This document shows, one piece after another, positions 9,694-18,695 of a DNA stretch of 55,702 nucleotides. The position numbers and the translations under genes were made by a program. The stretch comes from Candidatus Bipolaricaulia bacterium (lineage in GTDB: Bacteria; Bipolaricaulota; Bipolaricaulia; JBHIAT01): NCBI GenBank assembly GCA_046758705.1, contig JBHIAT010000003.1, forward strand, positions 1 to 55,702, given 5' to 3'. How positions within the stretch are numbered: the first letter of the stretch is position 1; each line of letters starts with the position of its first letter. The notes beneath the pieces are model-generated. The model was not told the DNA's origin, made no database searches, and saw only the letters and a list, made by a program, of their open reading frames with translations.

Positions 9694-10896
9694 ATGAAAT
9701 CAACCAAAGCGGAAACGAGAAAACGAACAAAAGAGAAGTTCTTCATAGCAACGGAAGATGAGATCAGATCGGGCCGGGTGACGGACGTCTACTTCAATCG
9801 CACCCAACAGATCCTCGAAGCGAAAGGGATCGACAAACAGGTGAAGATGGAGATCTGGCTCAAGAGCTTCCCGGATCAGGATCAGACCTGGGGAGTGCTC
9901 GCCGGATTAGAGGAAGGGGTGCGACTTTTGGAGGGCCAGCCGCTCGACCTCTGGACTTTGCCTGAAGGGACGCTGTTTCGAGCGCGAGAGCCGGTGATGA
10001 TGATAACGAGTTGCTATCGTGACTTCTCGGTGCTGGAAACAGCGTTGCTCGGTTTTCTGTGCCAGGCGAGCGGGATTGCAACCAAGGCCGCTCGTTTCAA
10101 GATCGCCGCCCACGGGCGGGCCATCTACAGCTTCGGAGTGCGCCGGCTCCATCCCGCAATCGCTCCCATGATCGATCGCAACGCGTTCATCGGCGGCTGT
10201 GACGGAGTCTCCAGTGTTTTGGGGGCGGAGCTGCTCGGTGAGCCGCCGGTCGGCACCATTCCCCATGCCCTGGTGCTGATCCTCGGAGACTCCTCGTCCA
10301 CCACCGCGATATTCGATGAGGTGATCGATAAACAGATCAAACGGGTCGCACTGGTCGACACGTTCGGCGACGAGAAGTTCGAAGCTCTGGAGAACGCCAA
10401 GTTGCTTGGCGACCGTCTGTACGCCGTCCGACTCGATACCCCGTCCTCACGGCGTGGGAGTATGCTGGCGATCGCCCAAGAGGTGCGTTGGGAACTCGAC
10501 ACCCGTGGATATGACCACGTCAAGATCTTCGTGTCGGGAGGTTTGAACGAGTACAATATCCCGGAACTGAATTCCGTGGCCGATGCTTACGGCGTTGGAA
10601 CATCTATCAGCAACGCCCGGGTCATGGACTTTTCACTCGACATCGTAGAGATCGAGGGAGAACCGATCGCCAAACGTGGCAAACCCTCCGGAGCCAAACA
10701 GCTCTATATCTGTGAGGGATGTGGACACCGAAAGGTGGTCCTGTGGGATGAGGTACCTGACACCTGCCCGGAGTGCGACGGTCCGGTCACGCCCGCGCTG
10801 GTGAAGTTTCTGGAAAACGGGAAGTTAATCCGTGACCTGCCGTCCGCTCAGGAGATCCGCAGGCTCGTTCTGGATCACCTACCAGAGACGCTTTGA
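9694..10896 (+). CDS. pncB: nicotinate phosphoribosyltransferase (archaeal-like type with C-terminal zinc knuckle)
   Basis: 400 aa. N-terminal VTDVYFNRTQQIL and type II PRTase barrel motifs. C-terminal CEGCGHRK...CPECDG zinc-ribbon-like tail. Confidence 0.7.
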   Translation: MKSTKAETRKRTKEKFFIATEDEIRSGRVTDVYFNRTQQILEAKGIDKQVKMEIWLKSFPDQDQTWGVLAGLEEGVRLLEGQPLDLWTLPEGTLFRAREPVMMITSCYRDFSVLETALLGFLCQASGIATKAARFKIAAHGRAIYSFGVRRLHPAIAPMIDRNAFIGGCDGVSSVLGAELLGEPPVGTIPHALVLILGDSSSTTAIFDEVIDKQIKRVALVDTFGDEKFEALENAKLLGDRLYAVRLDTPSSRRGSMLAIAQEVRWELDTRGYDHVKIFVSGGLNEYNIPELNSVADAYGVGTSISNARVMDFSLDIVEIEGEPIAKRGKPSGAKQLYICEGCGHRKVVLWDEVPDTCPECDGPVTPALVKFLENGKLIRDLPSAQEIRRLVLDHLPETL

Positions 10897-10923
10897 AGTG
10901 AACCTGCGCTGCTGACTGTGAAA

Positions 10924-12261
10924 TCAGTCGCAATAGGCATCGGCTTTGGTCAGGGCCTGGTCGATGATGTCCAACCCTTCTTTAATTTGTTCTTCGGTGA
11001 TAATCAGGGGTGGGGTGCAGAAAATCCAGTCCCATCTGACGAACGTACTCATACCTAACTCGCGTAGTGTAGAGTCGACTGCCCGCATGGCCTCGCTGGC
11101 AGGCTGATTCCAGCCGCTCATGGGTTCGCGTGTTTCACGGTTCTTGACCAGTTCAATTACATGATGGAGGCCGGTCCCCCGGATTTCACCGATACTGGGG
11201 TGACTCTCGGCGAGGTCATTCAACCCGGCGCGCAACACCTTGCCCATTTCACCCGAGCGCTCGATAAGGTTTTCGTCCCGATAGACTTCGATGTTGGCGA
11301 TCCCCGCCGCACAGCCGAGTGCATGGCTGCTATAGGTCAGGCCGCCCCACAACACATGGTCATCGAAGTAGCTGGCGACTTTGTCCGTCACACTGACGGC
11401 ACCCAGCGGGACATAGCCACTGGTCAATCCTTTGGCGATCACCATAATGTCCGGTCTGACAAACGGGTAATGGTCAATGCCGAACCATTCACCGGTTCGC
11501 CCAAAGCCGCTCATCACCTCGTCGACAATCAGCAAGATGTCGTAGGTATCACAGATTTGCTGAATACGCTCCCAGTAGGCGGTGCCGCCCTGGATAATAC
11601 CGCTGGAGCCACTATACCCCTCCAGCAAGATTGCCGCAACGTACTGTGGGCCTTCAAACAGCACCGTCTGCTCAGTGAGATCGGCCAGCGCCCGGTCGCC
11701 CGCTTCTTGGCTCCGCCCACGATAGATCGGGCTGCGATAGGCATAGGGGTCGTGCATGCGGACGATCCATGGGACGCCCGGTTCGTTTGCCAGACGGCGT
11801 GGGTCGCCCCCAGCGGTCATTGCGCCAAACGTTCCACCGTGATAGGAACGATAGCGGGTGAGGATTTTCTGGCGGCCCGTGTACAACCGGGCGATCTTCA
11901 TGGCATTTTCGACGGCTTCCGCCCCGCTGCATGTGAAAAAGCTCTTGCTGAGGTCGTGCGGGGTCACTTCCTGGAGCAGTTCGCCAAGCCGCGCTCGCGG
12001 TTCGGTCCCAATGCCGGGGTAGGCGTAGCAGACGTTAGCAGCTTGTTCTTGAATGGCTTTAACGATGTGCGGGTGTCGGTGTCCGACGTTCACGTTGATC
12101 AGTTGCGACGACCAATCGAGGTAACGCGTGCCGTCGGCATCCCAAAAGTAAACGCCCTCGGCACGCACCATGGTAATCGGGTGCCAGTCGGTCTGAGCCG
12201 TCCAACTCGCCAGGGTGTAGGCTTTATTCTTTGCCGCCAGTTCGGCGTGGGTCATGGTCAT
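10924..12261 (-). CDS. class III (omega) aminotransferase, likely beta-alanine/omega-amino acid:pyruvate transaminase
   Basis: 445 aa. PLP-enzyme motifs (SGAEAVENAMKIAR, DEVMSGFGRTG, a lysine in VIAKGLTSGY). Lies in an operon with dihydropyrimidinase and beta-ureidopropionase-like genes. Confidence 0.8.
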   Translation of the reverse strand: MTMTHAELAAKNKAYTLASWTAQTDWHPITMVRAEGVYFWDADGTRYLDWSSQLINVNVGHRHPHIVKAIQEQAANVCYAYPGIGTEPRARLGELLQEVTPHDLSKSFFTCSGAEAVENAMKIARLYTGRQKILTRYRSYHGGTFGAMTAGGDPRRLANEPGVPWIVRMHDPYAYRSPIYRGRSQEAGDRALADLTEQTVLFEGPQYVAAILLEGYSGSSGIIQGGTAYWERIQQICDTYDILLIVDEVMSGFGRTGEWFGIDHYPFVRPDIMVIAKGLTSGYVPLGAVSVTDKVASYFDDHVLWGGLTYSSHALGCAAGIANIEVYRDENLIERSGEMGKVLRAGLNDLAESHPSIGEIRGTGLHHVIELVKNRETREPMSGWNQPASEAMRAVDSTLRELGMSTFVRWDWIFCTPPLIITEEQIKEGLDIIDQALTKADAYCD

Positions 12262-12351
12262 AATCGTCTCCTTACCCGCACTTCACTTTCAAATACAAAT
12301 AGAGTAGGGGGCGTTCATCTACCAATTTAAGTGTATTTCGCCACGTGCAAA

Positions 12352-13827
12352 TTATATCACCGGCGCATGCGGCTTACGGTGGATAAATTGACCTGCGCCC
12401 GTTTCGCCAAACCAATCTTCACCGTCAACGATCTTCTTACCGCGCAGGTACACCTGAATCGGCACGCCACGTACCCTCATGCCTTCATAGACGTTGTAAT
12501 CGACCCGCATGTGGGTCGTTTCAACACTGATGACCCGCTCCTTGTCCGGATCCCATACCACCAAGTCGGCATCCGAGCCAACGGCAATCGTACCCTTGTT
12601 TGGGTACATTCCGAAGATCTTGGCCGGGTTGGTGCAATGCAGTTCCACAAAGCGCATGGGGGTCATCCGTCCCTCGTTCACGCTGTGATGCCATCCCACC
12701 ATCATCCGATCCTCCACGCCGGGCATGCCGTTGGGAATCTTATTGAACGCATCCTTGCCGAGTTCCTTACCGGGGCGTCGATAGCTCGGGTGCTGCGCTT
12801 CATAATCGGTCCAATCGCCGTTCGGATGTGATGCGTCCCATTCCTCCCAGGGGCCAATACCGCCCTCATACCAGAAGTCACAGTGATCGGTGCTCACCGC
12901 CTGTAGCGTCCTGTCTTGCAGTGATTCCCACAAGACGGCATGGTCGTGCTGGGTGCGGATTGGCGGCGAGCATATATATTTGGCACCCTCAAAGCCGGGG
13001 GCCGCCAGGTGTTCCTCAACCGTCAGGAACAGGTACTGCGTACAGGTTTCGCCCATCACCGGATAGCCCATCGCCCGTCCACGCCGTAACGCATCAATCG
13101 ATAACTCACAGGTCATGTGGACCACGTACAAGGGGCAGCCGGTCATACCCGCCATAACGACGGCACGGTTGGTGGCCTCACCTTCAATTTCCGGCGGGCG
13201 CGACTGAGCATGATATTTGGGTTCCAGTTTGCCTTCCGCGATCAACTGCGGGGTGAGAATCGTCTCGATGGGGCCATTTTCGGCGTGTACCATGACCAGC
13301 ATGCCGTGTTTCGCCGCGACCTGCATCGCGCGGAACAGGGTGTCGTCGTCTACCATGAAGACACCCTTGTAGGCTAGGAAGACCTTCAGGCTCGTGATGC
13401 CTTCGTCAATCATCTTCGGAATTTCTTCCATCACATCATCGCGCAGATCGGTAATTGCCATGTGAAAGCCGTAGTCGATATTCGCTTTCTTGGCTTTATT
13501 GCGCCAATCGGCCAAGCCATCGGCCAGGTTGCCGCCCACCGGCTGAATGACAAAGTCGATATGGCTGGTTGTGCCGCCAAAAGCCGCCGCGATATGGCCG
13601 GATTCAAAGTCATCATTGCTGACCGTACCGAAAAAGGGCAGGTCCAGATGGGTATGCACGTCGATGCCACCTGGCATCAGATATTTGCCGGTGCAATCGA
13701 CAACTTCATGCCCATCCGCTGACAGGTCGCGTCCGATCAGCGAAAAAACCTCAGCTTCGACCAATACATCCGCCTTGTATATATCACTGGCGGTAACAAG
13801 GGTACCGTTCTTAAAAAGTGTTCCCAT
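12352..13827 (-). CDS. dihydropyrimidinase / D-hydantoinase
   Basis: 491 aa. Cyclic amidohydrolase metal motifs GGIDVHTHL, a carboxylated-Lys region (SLKVFLAYKG) and VHAENG. Confidence 0.85.
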   Translation of the reverse strand: MGTLFKNGTLVTASDIYKADVLVEAEVFSLIGRDLSADGHEVVDCTGKYLMPGGIDVHTHLDLPFFGTVSNDDFESGHIAAAFGGTTSHIDFVIQPVGGNLADGLADWRNKAKKANIDYGFHMAITDLRDDVMEEIPKMIDEGITSLKVFLAYKGVFMVDDDTLFRAMQVAAKHGMLVMVHAENGPIETILTPQLIAEGKLEPKYHAQSRPPEIEGEATNRAVVMAGMTGCPLYVVHMTCELSIDALRRGRAMGYPVMGETCTQYLFLTVEEHLAAPGFEGAKYICSPPIRTQHDHAVLWESLQDRTLQAVSTDHCDFWYEGGIGPWEEWDASHPNGDWTDYEAQHPSYRRPGKELGKDAFNKIPNGMPGVEDRMMVGWHHSVNEGRMTPMRFVELHCTNPAKIFGMYPNKGTIAVGSDADLVVWDPDKERVISVETTHMRVDYNVYEGMRVRGVPIQVYLRGKKIVDGEDWFGETGAGQFIHRKPHAPVI

Positions 13828-13842
13828 GATCGTACCTCCCCA

Positions 13843-14829
13843 TTAAAGAAACGCCGGAATCACGTGGCTGCCATATTCCTCAACGATCCGTTCTTCGTCG
13901 CCACACATCAGGTAAATATTGAACTGGTTGACACCCTTGGACTCCAGAACGCGGATTTTTTCAATTTGTACCTCAGTCGGTCCCAAAATGCCGAAGCGGT
14001 CGACGACCTCCTCGGTGACAAAGTCCAGGTGCTCGGCATCTTTATCGGCATGTTCCCGGTAGTCGTAGCCTTTGCGCTCCTCAATGTAGTCGGTCAATGC
14101 CTGGGGCAATTCACCGTTGTGATACTTCTCAACCAAATCGGCAACGTGATTACCAACCATCGCCGGGAACCAGCGTGTCTGCTCGCGGCCTGTTTCAATA
14201 TCGCCCACCCATACCGGCGCGGCGGAGATGACCCGTAATTTCGAACTGTCACGCCCGGCTTCCTCGGCAGCAGCGCGGAATTGTCCGATAAACCATTCGC
14301 ACAGGAATGGGTCAGCAAGTTGAATGATCAGTCCATCGCCATGCCGTCCGGCGGTCTTGAGCGCTAGCGGGCCGTAGGCGGCAATCCAGATCGGCATCTG
14401 ATAGCTAGACCAGGTCAGGGTAGTGGGGTGACCGAGAACCGACGCTTCCTCTCCGTTGACCAATTTGCGGACTGTCTCCACAAACTCGCCCATTTCCTTG
14501 TAGGTCACGGGTTTGCGCCCTAACATGCGCAGCGAGCTATCGCCACGACCAACACCCATGTCAATCCGGCCATCGCTCAGGCGTGCGAGCGCGGCATGCA
14601 TACTCGCTGTCACCGACCAGTCACGCACCGCCGAATTGGTCACCAAGGGTCCAAAACGCATCGTCGTGGTATGCTGGCTGGCTACCGCCATCATGGCATA
14701 GCAGTCCTGCCAGAGCACATGCGAATCAAAAAACCAGGTGTGGGTAAACCCGGCGGCCTCGGCCTGCTTTATCAGGTTCAGGGTGCGTTCGAGACTCATA
14801 TCGCCTTTGAATGTAATGCCAAAGTCCAT
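13843..14829 (-). CDS. LLM-class (luciferase-like) flavin/F420-dependent oxidoreductase
   Basis: 328 aa. TIM-barrel LLM pattern (FTHTWFFDSHVLWQD, GRIDMGVGRGDS), resembling methylene-H4MPT-reductase-like F420/FMN enzymes. Confidence 0.75.
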   Translation of the reverse strand: MDFGITFKGDMSLERTLNLIKQAEAAGFTHTWFFDSHVLWQDCYAMMAVASQHTTTMRFGPLVTNSAVRDWSVTASMHAALARLSDGRIDMGVGRGDSSLRMLGRKPVTYKEMGEFVETVRKLVNGEEASVLGHPTTLTWSSYQMPIWIAAYGPLALKTAGRHGDGLIIQLADPFLCEWFIGQFRAAAEEAGRDSSKLRVISAAPVWVGDIETGREQTRWFPAMVGNHVADLVEKYHNGELPQALTDYIEERKGYDYREHADKDAEHLDFVTEEVVDRFGILGPTEVQIEKIRVLESKGVNQFNIYLMCGDEERIVEEYGSHVIPAFL

Positions 14830-14858
14830 GATGAATCTCTCCTTACTCTCCCCTGCCG

Positions 14859-14914
14859 TTTAACTCCTTAAACTTCATAACTTTCTAGCTTTCTAACTTT
14901 CCAACTTTTAACTG
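14859..14914. repeat. AT-rich tandem RRAAAGTT-type 8-mer tract (minus-strand sense) in an intercistronic spacer
   Basis: Plus strand reads tttaactccttaaacttcataactttctagctttctaactttccaacttttaactgtta. Same motif family, ending AACTGT, as the tRNA-flanking tracts at 18.3-18.9 kb. Confidence 0.7.
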
Positions 14915-15754
14915 TTATGGGGCGACGATTTTGTCGTATAGGTCGGGGCGGCGGTCCCGGTAAAACTGCCAGGTGTCGCGCACCTCTCTGATTAGATTGA
15001 GATCAAGGTCGCGGACGATGAGCTCTTCTTCGTAGTCATCACCCACCTCGCCAACAAATTCCCCACGCGGCGTACAGAAGTAGCTCTGCCCGTAGAAGTC
15101 GTTGTCGCCAAGCGGTTCGATACCAACGCGATTAATGGTGCCAACAAAGTAGCCGTTGGCGATCGCGTGGCTGGTCTGCTCAATACGCCAGAGATGCTGC
15201 GACAATCCGCGTGACGTTGCCGATGGGATGAAAACAAGCTCAGCGCCGTTTAAGCCCAGCATGCGCGCGCCCTCGGGGAAATGGCGGTCGTAGCAGATGT
15301 AGACTCCCACCTTGCCAACAGCGGTCTCAAACACCGGGTAACCGAGATTGCCGGGCTTAAAATAATACTTCTCCCAAAAGCCGGGGAGGTTCGGGATATG
15401 CGTCTTGCGATATTTACCCAGATAGGTGCCGTCGGCATCAATCACCGCTGCGGTGTTGTAGTAAATGCCGGGGCCGTCGGACTCATATATAGGGACGATC
15501 AACACCATCTTGGTTTCCTGCGCCAGTTTTTGGAAGCGCTCGGTTGTCGGACCGTCGGGAATCGACTCGGCGAGGTCATAAAACTGGGGATCTTGAACCT
15601 GGCAAAAATAAGGGCCGTAAAATAGCTCTTGATAGCACATCACCTGTGCGTCTTGTTCGGCGGCTTTGTAGGTGTATTCGACATGCTTTTCGATCATGGA
15701 TTCTTGGTCACCGGTCCAGGTTGCCTGGATCAGCGCACCGCGAACAGCAGTCAT
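14915..15754 (-). CDS. nitrilase-superfamily N-carbamoyl amidohydrolase (beta-ureidopropionase-like)
   Basis: The ORF track gives 14915..15946. I place the start at MTAVRGALIQ (ATG at 15754), which is preceded by AGGAGG and lies 5 nt after the upstream gene stop. Catalytic motifs are YQELF (Glu), YRKTHIP (Lys) and CYDRHFPE (Cys). Confidence 0.8.
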   Translation of the reverse strand: MTAVRGALIQATWTGDQESMIEKHVEYTYKAAEQDAQVMCYQELFYGPYFCQVQDPQFYDLAESIPDGPTTERFQKLAQETKMVLIVPIYESDGPGIYYNTAAVIDADGTYLGKYRKTHIPNLPGFWEKYYFKPGNLGYPVFETAVGKVGVYICYDRHFPEGARMLGLNGAELVFIPSATSRGLSQHLWRIEQTSHAIANGYFVGTINRVGIEPLGDNDFYGQSYFCTPRGEFVGEVGDDYEEELIVRDLDLNLIREVRDTWQFYRDRRPDLYDKIVAP

Positions 15755-15758
15755 GATA

Positions 15759-16133
15759 TTACCTCCTGATACTCGTATGTGCCAGTGATGCGTGTTGCTT
15801 ACCGAAGCGTTCCAGTACCCGCTGTGCCTGACGAACATTGATCTTGGGTGCAACGGCTGCGTAGAATCGAGCGGCGACTTGTTCCACCGCCGCCTGTCCT
15901 GACGGGGCTGTATCGTCGAAGTTGAACATATAGTTACCCTCGTCAAGCCCTTCTATCGGCTCCAACGTGATTTCAAGCACGTTTTCCCGGCGAATGCGTT
16001 CCAGCTTCGCCCGGCGTTTGTCGGCTTCTTTGGCCCGGTCGGTGTCACCGGCCGATTGGTAGTAATCACGCAATTGCGCCTCCAGATTGATCGCGTAAGT
16101 CAGGATCGCACCAAATGTGTTCAGCGATGCCAT
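15759..16133 (-). CDS. hypothetical 124-aa protein inside the pyrimidine-catabolism operon
   Basis: The ORF packs tightly between the aldehyde dehydrogenase stop (16136) and the amidohydrolase start (15754). No motif recognised. Helical, charged composition. Confidence 0.45.
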   Translation of the reverse strand: MASLNTFGAILTYAINLEAQLRDYYQSAGDTDRAKEADKRRAKLERIRRENVLEITLEPIEGLDEGNYMFNFDDTAPSGQAAVEQVAARFYAAVAPKINVRQAQRVLERFGKQHASLAHTSIRR

Positions 16134-16135
16134 AG

Positions 16136-17596
16136 TTAAATCCAGCGTTCAATGACGACCTTGCGTTCGGTGAAGAACTCAATGGAGTCCGCGCCCTGTC
16201 CGTGTAGGTCACCGAAGAATGAATCTTTCCGGCCACCAAACGGGAACGATGCCGACGGCGCGGCGACACCAATGTTGACCCCAATGTTACCGGCGTTCAC
16301 CTGATACTTAAACTCACGGGCGTGCTTGCCGTTGTTGGTGAAAATGCTGGCGGCGTTGCCATACGTGCTGTGGTTGATGATGTCTACTGCTTCTTCGAAG
16401 TTATCAGCACGAATCAGCAACAGCACCGGGCCGAAGATTTCTTCCTTGGCAATCGTCATATCGGATGTCACATCGGCGAGAATGGTGGGGCCTACAAACA
16501 TTCCCTTTTCATAGCCTTCTGGCACCAACCCACGCCCGTCGAGGACCAGTGTTGCACCTTCGTCCACACCCTGCTGAATCAGGCGTTCGATGCGTTCCTT
16601 GGCGGCTGAACTGACGACGGTACCCATTTGCGTCGATTCATCCAGGCCATAACCGACCTTCAGGTTGCTCGCCTGTTTGATCAGTTCGTTGCGTACCGGT
16701 TCGTAAACATCGCCCACACCAACGACCACCGCCACCGCCAGGCACCGTTGACCGGCACACCCATAGGCGGCGCCCAGGATGTTCTTTACACTGGCTTCCA
16801 TGCTGGCGTCGGGCATGACGGCGATGTAATTCTTGGCCCCACCCTGTGCCTGGACGCGTTTGCCGTGCTGGGTACAGGTTTCATAGATGATCTTGGCGAC
16901 CCGGGTCGAACCGACGAATGACACACCCGCCACACCGGGATGCTCCATAATGGCCTGTGCCGGAGTCACGGCGCCATGAACCAGGTTTACAACGCCCTCC
17001 GGCAGGTCAAGCTCATCCAGTATTTCATAGATAAGATCCATGCCGAGCGGGGTTTGGGGTGACGGTTTAATGATATACGTGTTCCCACAGGTAAGCGCAG
17101 TCGGCATGAACCAGAGCGGCACCATCATAGGGAAATTAAAGGGCGTGATTGCGGCAAAGACACCGACCGGCTGGCGCACCGTTGTTTCGTCGATGCCCGA
17201 GCTGATGTCTTCGACACCGTCATTGCGCATCAAGAAGGGCACCCCCGTAGCAAAGTCGACGCTCTCGATGCCGCGCCGGACTTCGCCCCGCGCTTCGTCA
17301 ATCGTTTTGCCGTTATCTTCCACAACGACCCTGGAAATATCTTCAAAACGCTCTTCAAGAATCTGCTTGAAGTGATGCATATACTGGGCGCGGCTCAGTA
17401 TGGGGGTACGCCGCCATTCTTCGAACGCCTCGGTCGCTGCCTGTACCGCTTTATCCACGTCCTCGTAGGTTGAGTCCGGGCATTCGGCAAGCAGCTCACT
17501 GGTGGCCGGATTGTGTACCGGAATGTACTCGCTGGTGGCGGATTCAACCCACTCACCATCGACATAGTTTTTGATTTTTCGGACCATGGTCTTCAC
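16136..17596 (-). CDS. mmsA: CoA-acylating (methyl)malonate-semialdehyde dehydrogenase
   Basis: 486 aa. Aldehyde dehydrogenase motifs (FNFPMMVPLW, catalytic Cys in GCAGQRCLA, EEIFGPV) and the MmsA-like N-terminus NYVDGEWVES. Confidence 0.85.
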   Translation of the reverse strand: MKTMVRKIKNYVDGEWVESATSEYIPVHNPATSELLAECPDSTYEDVDKAVQAATEAFEEWRRTPILSRAQYMHHFKQILEERFEDISRVVVEDNGKTIDEARGEVRRGIESVDFATGVPFLMRNDGVEDISSGIDETTVRQPVGVFAAITPFNFPMMVPLWFMPTALTCGNTYIIKPSPQTPLGMDLIYEILDELDLPEGVVNLVHGAVTPAQAIMEHPGVAGVSFVGSTRVAKIIYETCTQHGKRVQAQGGAKNYIAVMPDASMEASVKNILGAAYGCAGQRCLAVAVVVGVGDVYEPVRNELIKQASNLKVGYGLDESTQMGTVVSSAAKERIERLIQQGVDEGATLVLDGRGLVPEGYEKGMFVGPTILADVTSDMTIAKEEIFGPVLLLIRADNFEEAVDIINHSTYGNAASIFTNNGKHAREFKYQVNAGNIGVNIGVAAPSASFPFGGRKDSFFGDLHGQGADSIEFFTERKVVIERWI

Positions 17597-17697
17597 TTCT
17601 CCTGGAGCTAGCCGGTTTTAGGAAGTTATAGTTTACAATGTTTCATCCGGTCTTTCAAGTCTCCCGTTGCAAGGAACTTGTAAGATCAGAAAGGCGG

Positions 17698-18240
17698 TTA
17701 GAGCACTTCAGCGGTGTAGATGTTTTCCATCCGCTTCAGAGAAAACGTGTGCATCTCCGGATCGAAGTCGGCGACGCAGTTTTGGTGCACCGTGACCGGA
17801 TAACCTCGATTCCTCAGACCCCCGATGGTATCCATCACACAGATCGAGGTGCACACCCCGGTCACCGTCACCGACTCGGGGTCGAGCTCCTTCAGGAACT
17901 CATCCAGATTCGTATCATAGAACGCACTGTAGCGGGACTTTTGAACTACATGGACTCCGGGTCTATCGGAAAACTTCTCCAGTTCGGGGATGAACCGGTG
18001 GCCCCATTCGCCCGCTACACAATGGCGTCCCCAGATCTCGAACTCCCAGTCTCCCTCCTCGTGGGTGTCCTGAGTGAAGACCACGGGGTCGCCGCGATCC
18101 AGGTGCTGTTCGACCAACCTCTGGACCTGGGGGATGATCTCTCGAGCGTGATCGCCGCAATAGAGCGCCCCTTCCGGATCCATAAAATCGTTCTGCATGT
18201 CAACGACGATCAGCAGTTTCTTGCCATTGGCTTTGGTCAT
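17698..18240 (-). CDS. pncA: isochorismatase-family cysteine hydrolase, nicotinamidase-like
   Basis: 180 aa. LLIVVDMQNDF (Asp), a Lys region, and catalytic Cys in VTGVCTSICV. Confidence 0.7.
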   Translation of the reverse strand: MTKANGKKLLIVVDMQNDFMDPEGALYCGDHAREIIPQVQRLVEQHLDRGDPVVFTQDTHEEGDWEFEIWGRHCVAGEWGHRFIPELEKFSDRPGVHVVQKSRYSAFYDTNLDEFLKELDPESVTVTGVCTSICVMDTIGGLRNRGYPVTVHQNCVADFDPEMHTFSLKRMENIYTAEVL

Positions 18241-18278
18241 CGTGGTTGACTCCCCCAGTCCGGAGGTTTTAGGATGTT

Positions 18279-18323
18279 CTTAACTTGCTAACTTTTCAAC
18301 TTTTTAAACTTTTTAACTGTTTC
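18279..18323. repeat. AT-rich AACTTT-type repeat tract abutting the tRNA-Arg 3' end
   Basis: cttaacttgctaacttttcaactttttaaactttttaactgtt, ending in the conserved AACTGT box immediately before the tRNA. Confidence 0.7.
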
Positions 18324-18399
18324 TGGTACGCCTGGGAGGATTTGAACCTCCGACCTACGGCTCCGGAGGCCGTCGCTCTGTCCCCTGAGCTACAGGCGC
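18324..18399 (-). tRNA. tRNA-Arg (anticodon CCG), CCA encoded
   Basis: Reverse complement GCGCCTGTAGCTCAGGGGACAGAGCGACGGCCTCCGGAGCCGTAGGTCGGAGGTTCAAATCCTCCCAGGCGTACCA folds as a cloverleaf: D stem GCTC/GAGC, anticodon stem ACGGC/GCCGT with loop CTCCGGA, T stem GGAGG/CCTCC. Confidence 0.9.
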
Positions 18400-18408
18400 A
18401 TAACAAGA

Positions 18409-18483
18409 CAGTTTCAAGTTAAAAAGTTCAAAAGTCAAAAGTTATAAAACTTTTTAACTTGCTAACTTTTAACTTTCCAACTG
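18409..18483. repeat. long imperfect AT-rich inverted repeat between tRNA-Arg and tRNA-Ser(GCU)
   Basis: Left arm cagtttcaagttaaaaagttcaaaagtcaaaagtt. Right arm aactttttaacttgctaacttttaactttccaactg. The arms are imperfect reverse complements. Confidence 0.7.
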
Positions 18484-18486
18484 TGT

Positions 18487-18580
18487 TGGCGGAGGGGGTG
18501 GGATTTGAACCCACGGTAGAGGCAAAAACCCCTACAACGGGTTAGCAACCCGCCGTCGTCGGCCGCTTGACTACCCCTCC
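18487..18580 (-). tRNA. tRNA-Ser (anticodon GCU), long variable arm, CCA encoded
   Basis: Reverse complement GGAGGGGTAGTCAAGCGGCCGACGACGGCGGGTTGCTAACCCGTTGTAGGGGTTTTTGCCTCTACCGTGGGTTCAAATCCCACCCCCTCCGCCA. Anticodon loop TTGCTAA, class II variable arm. Confidence 0.9.
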
Positions 18581-18586
18581 GAAAAT

Positions 18587-18692
18587 CAGTTTAAAAGTTT
18601 AAAGGTTCGAAAGTTCAAAGTTAAACCATGAACCAACATCGAAATTATATTCCTTACCCGGCAAGCCTGTCAACTTTTTAACTTTCCAACTG
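18587..18692. repeat. AT-rich inverted AAAGTT/AACTTT repeat pair between the two tRNA-Ser genes
   Basis: Left arm cagtttaaaagtttaaaggttcgaaagttcaaagtt. Right arm caactttttaactttccaactg. Confidence 0.7.
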
Positions 18693-18695
18693 TGT

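Noticed and set aside
10897-10923. Possible bidirectional terminator hairpin between the convergent NAPRTase and aminotransferase genes
   Set aside because: Only a 5-bp stem (GACTG/CAGTC) with no flanking T-tract, too weak to call.
15755-15946. N-terminal extensions in the ORF track for the amidohydrolase (to 15946), mnmA (to 20036), proS (to 24992) and the ATPase (from 36815)
   Set aside because: The extensions overlap upstream genes or intergenic repeats and lack family-like sequence. Internal ATGs with RBS or start/stop coupling (15754, 19940, 24923, 36857) match the conserved N-termini.
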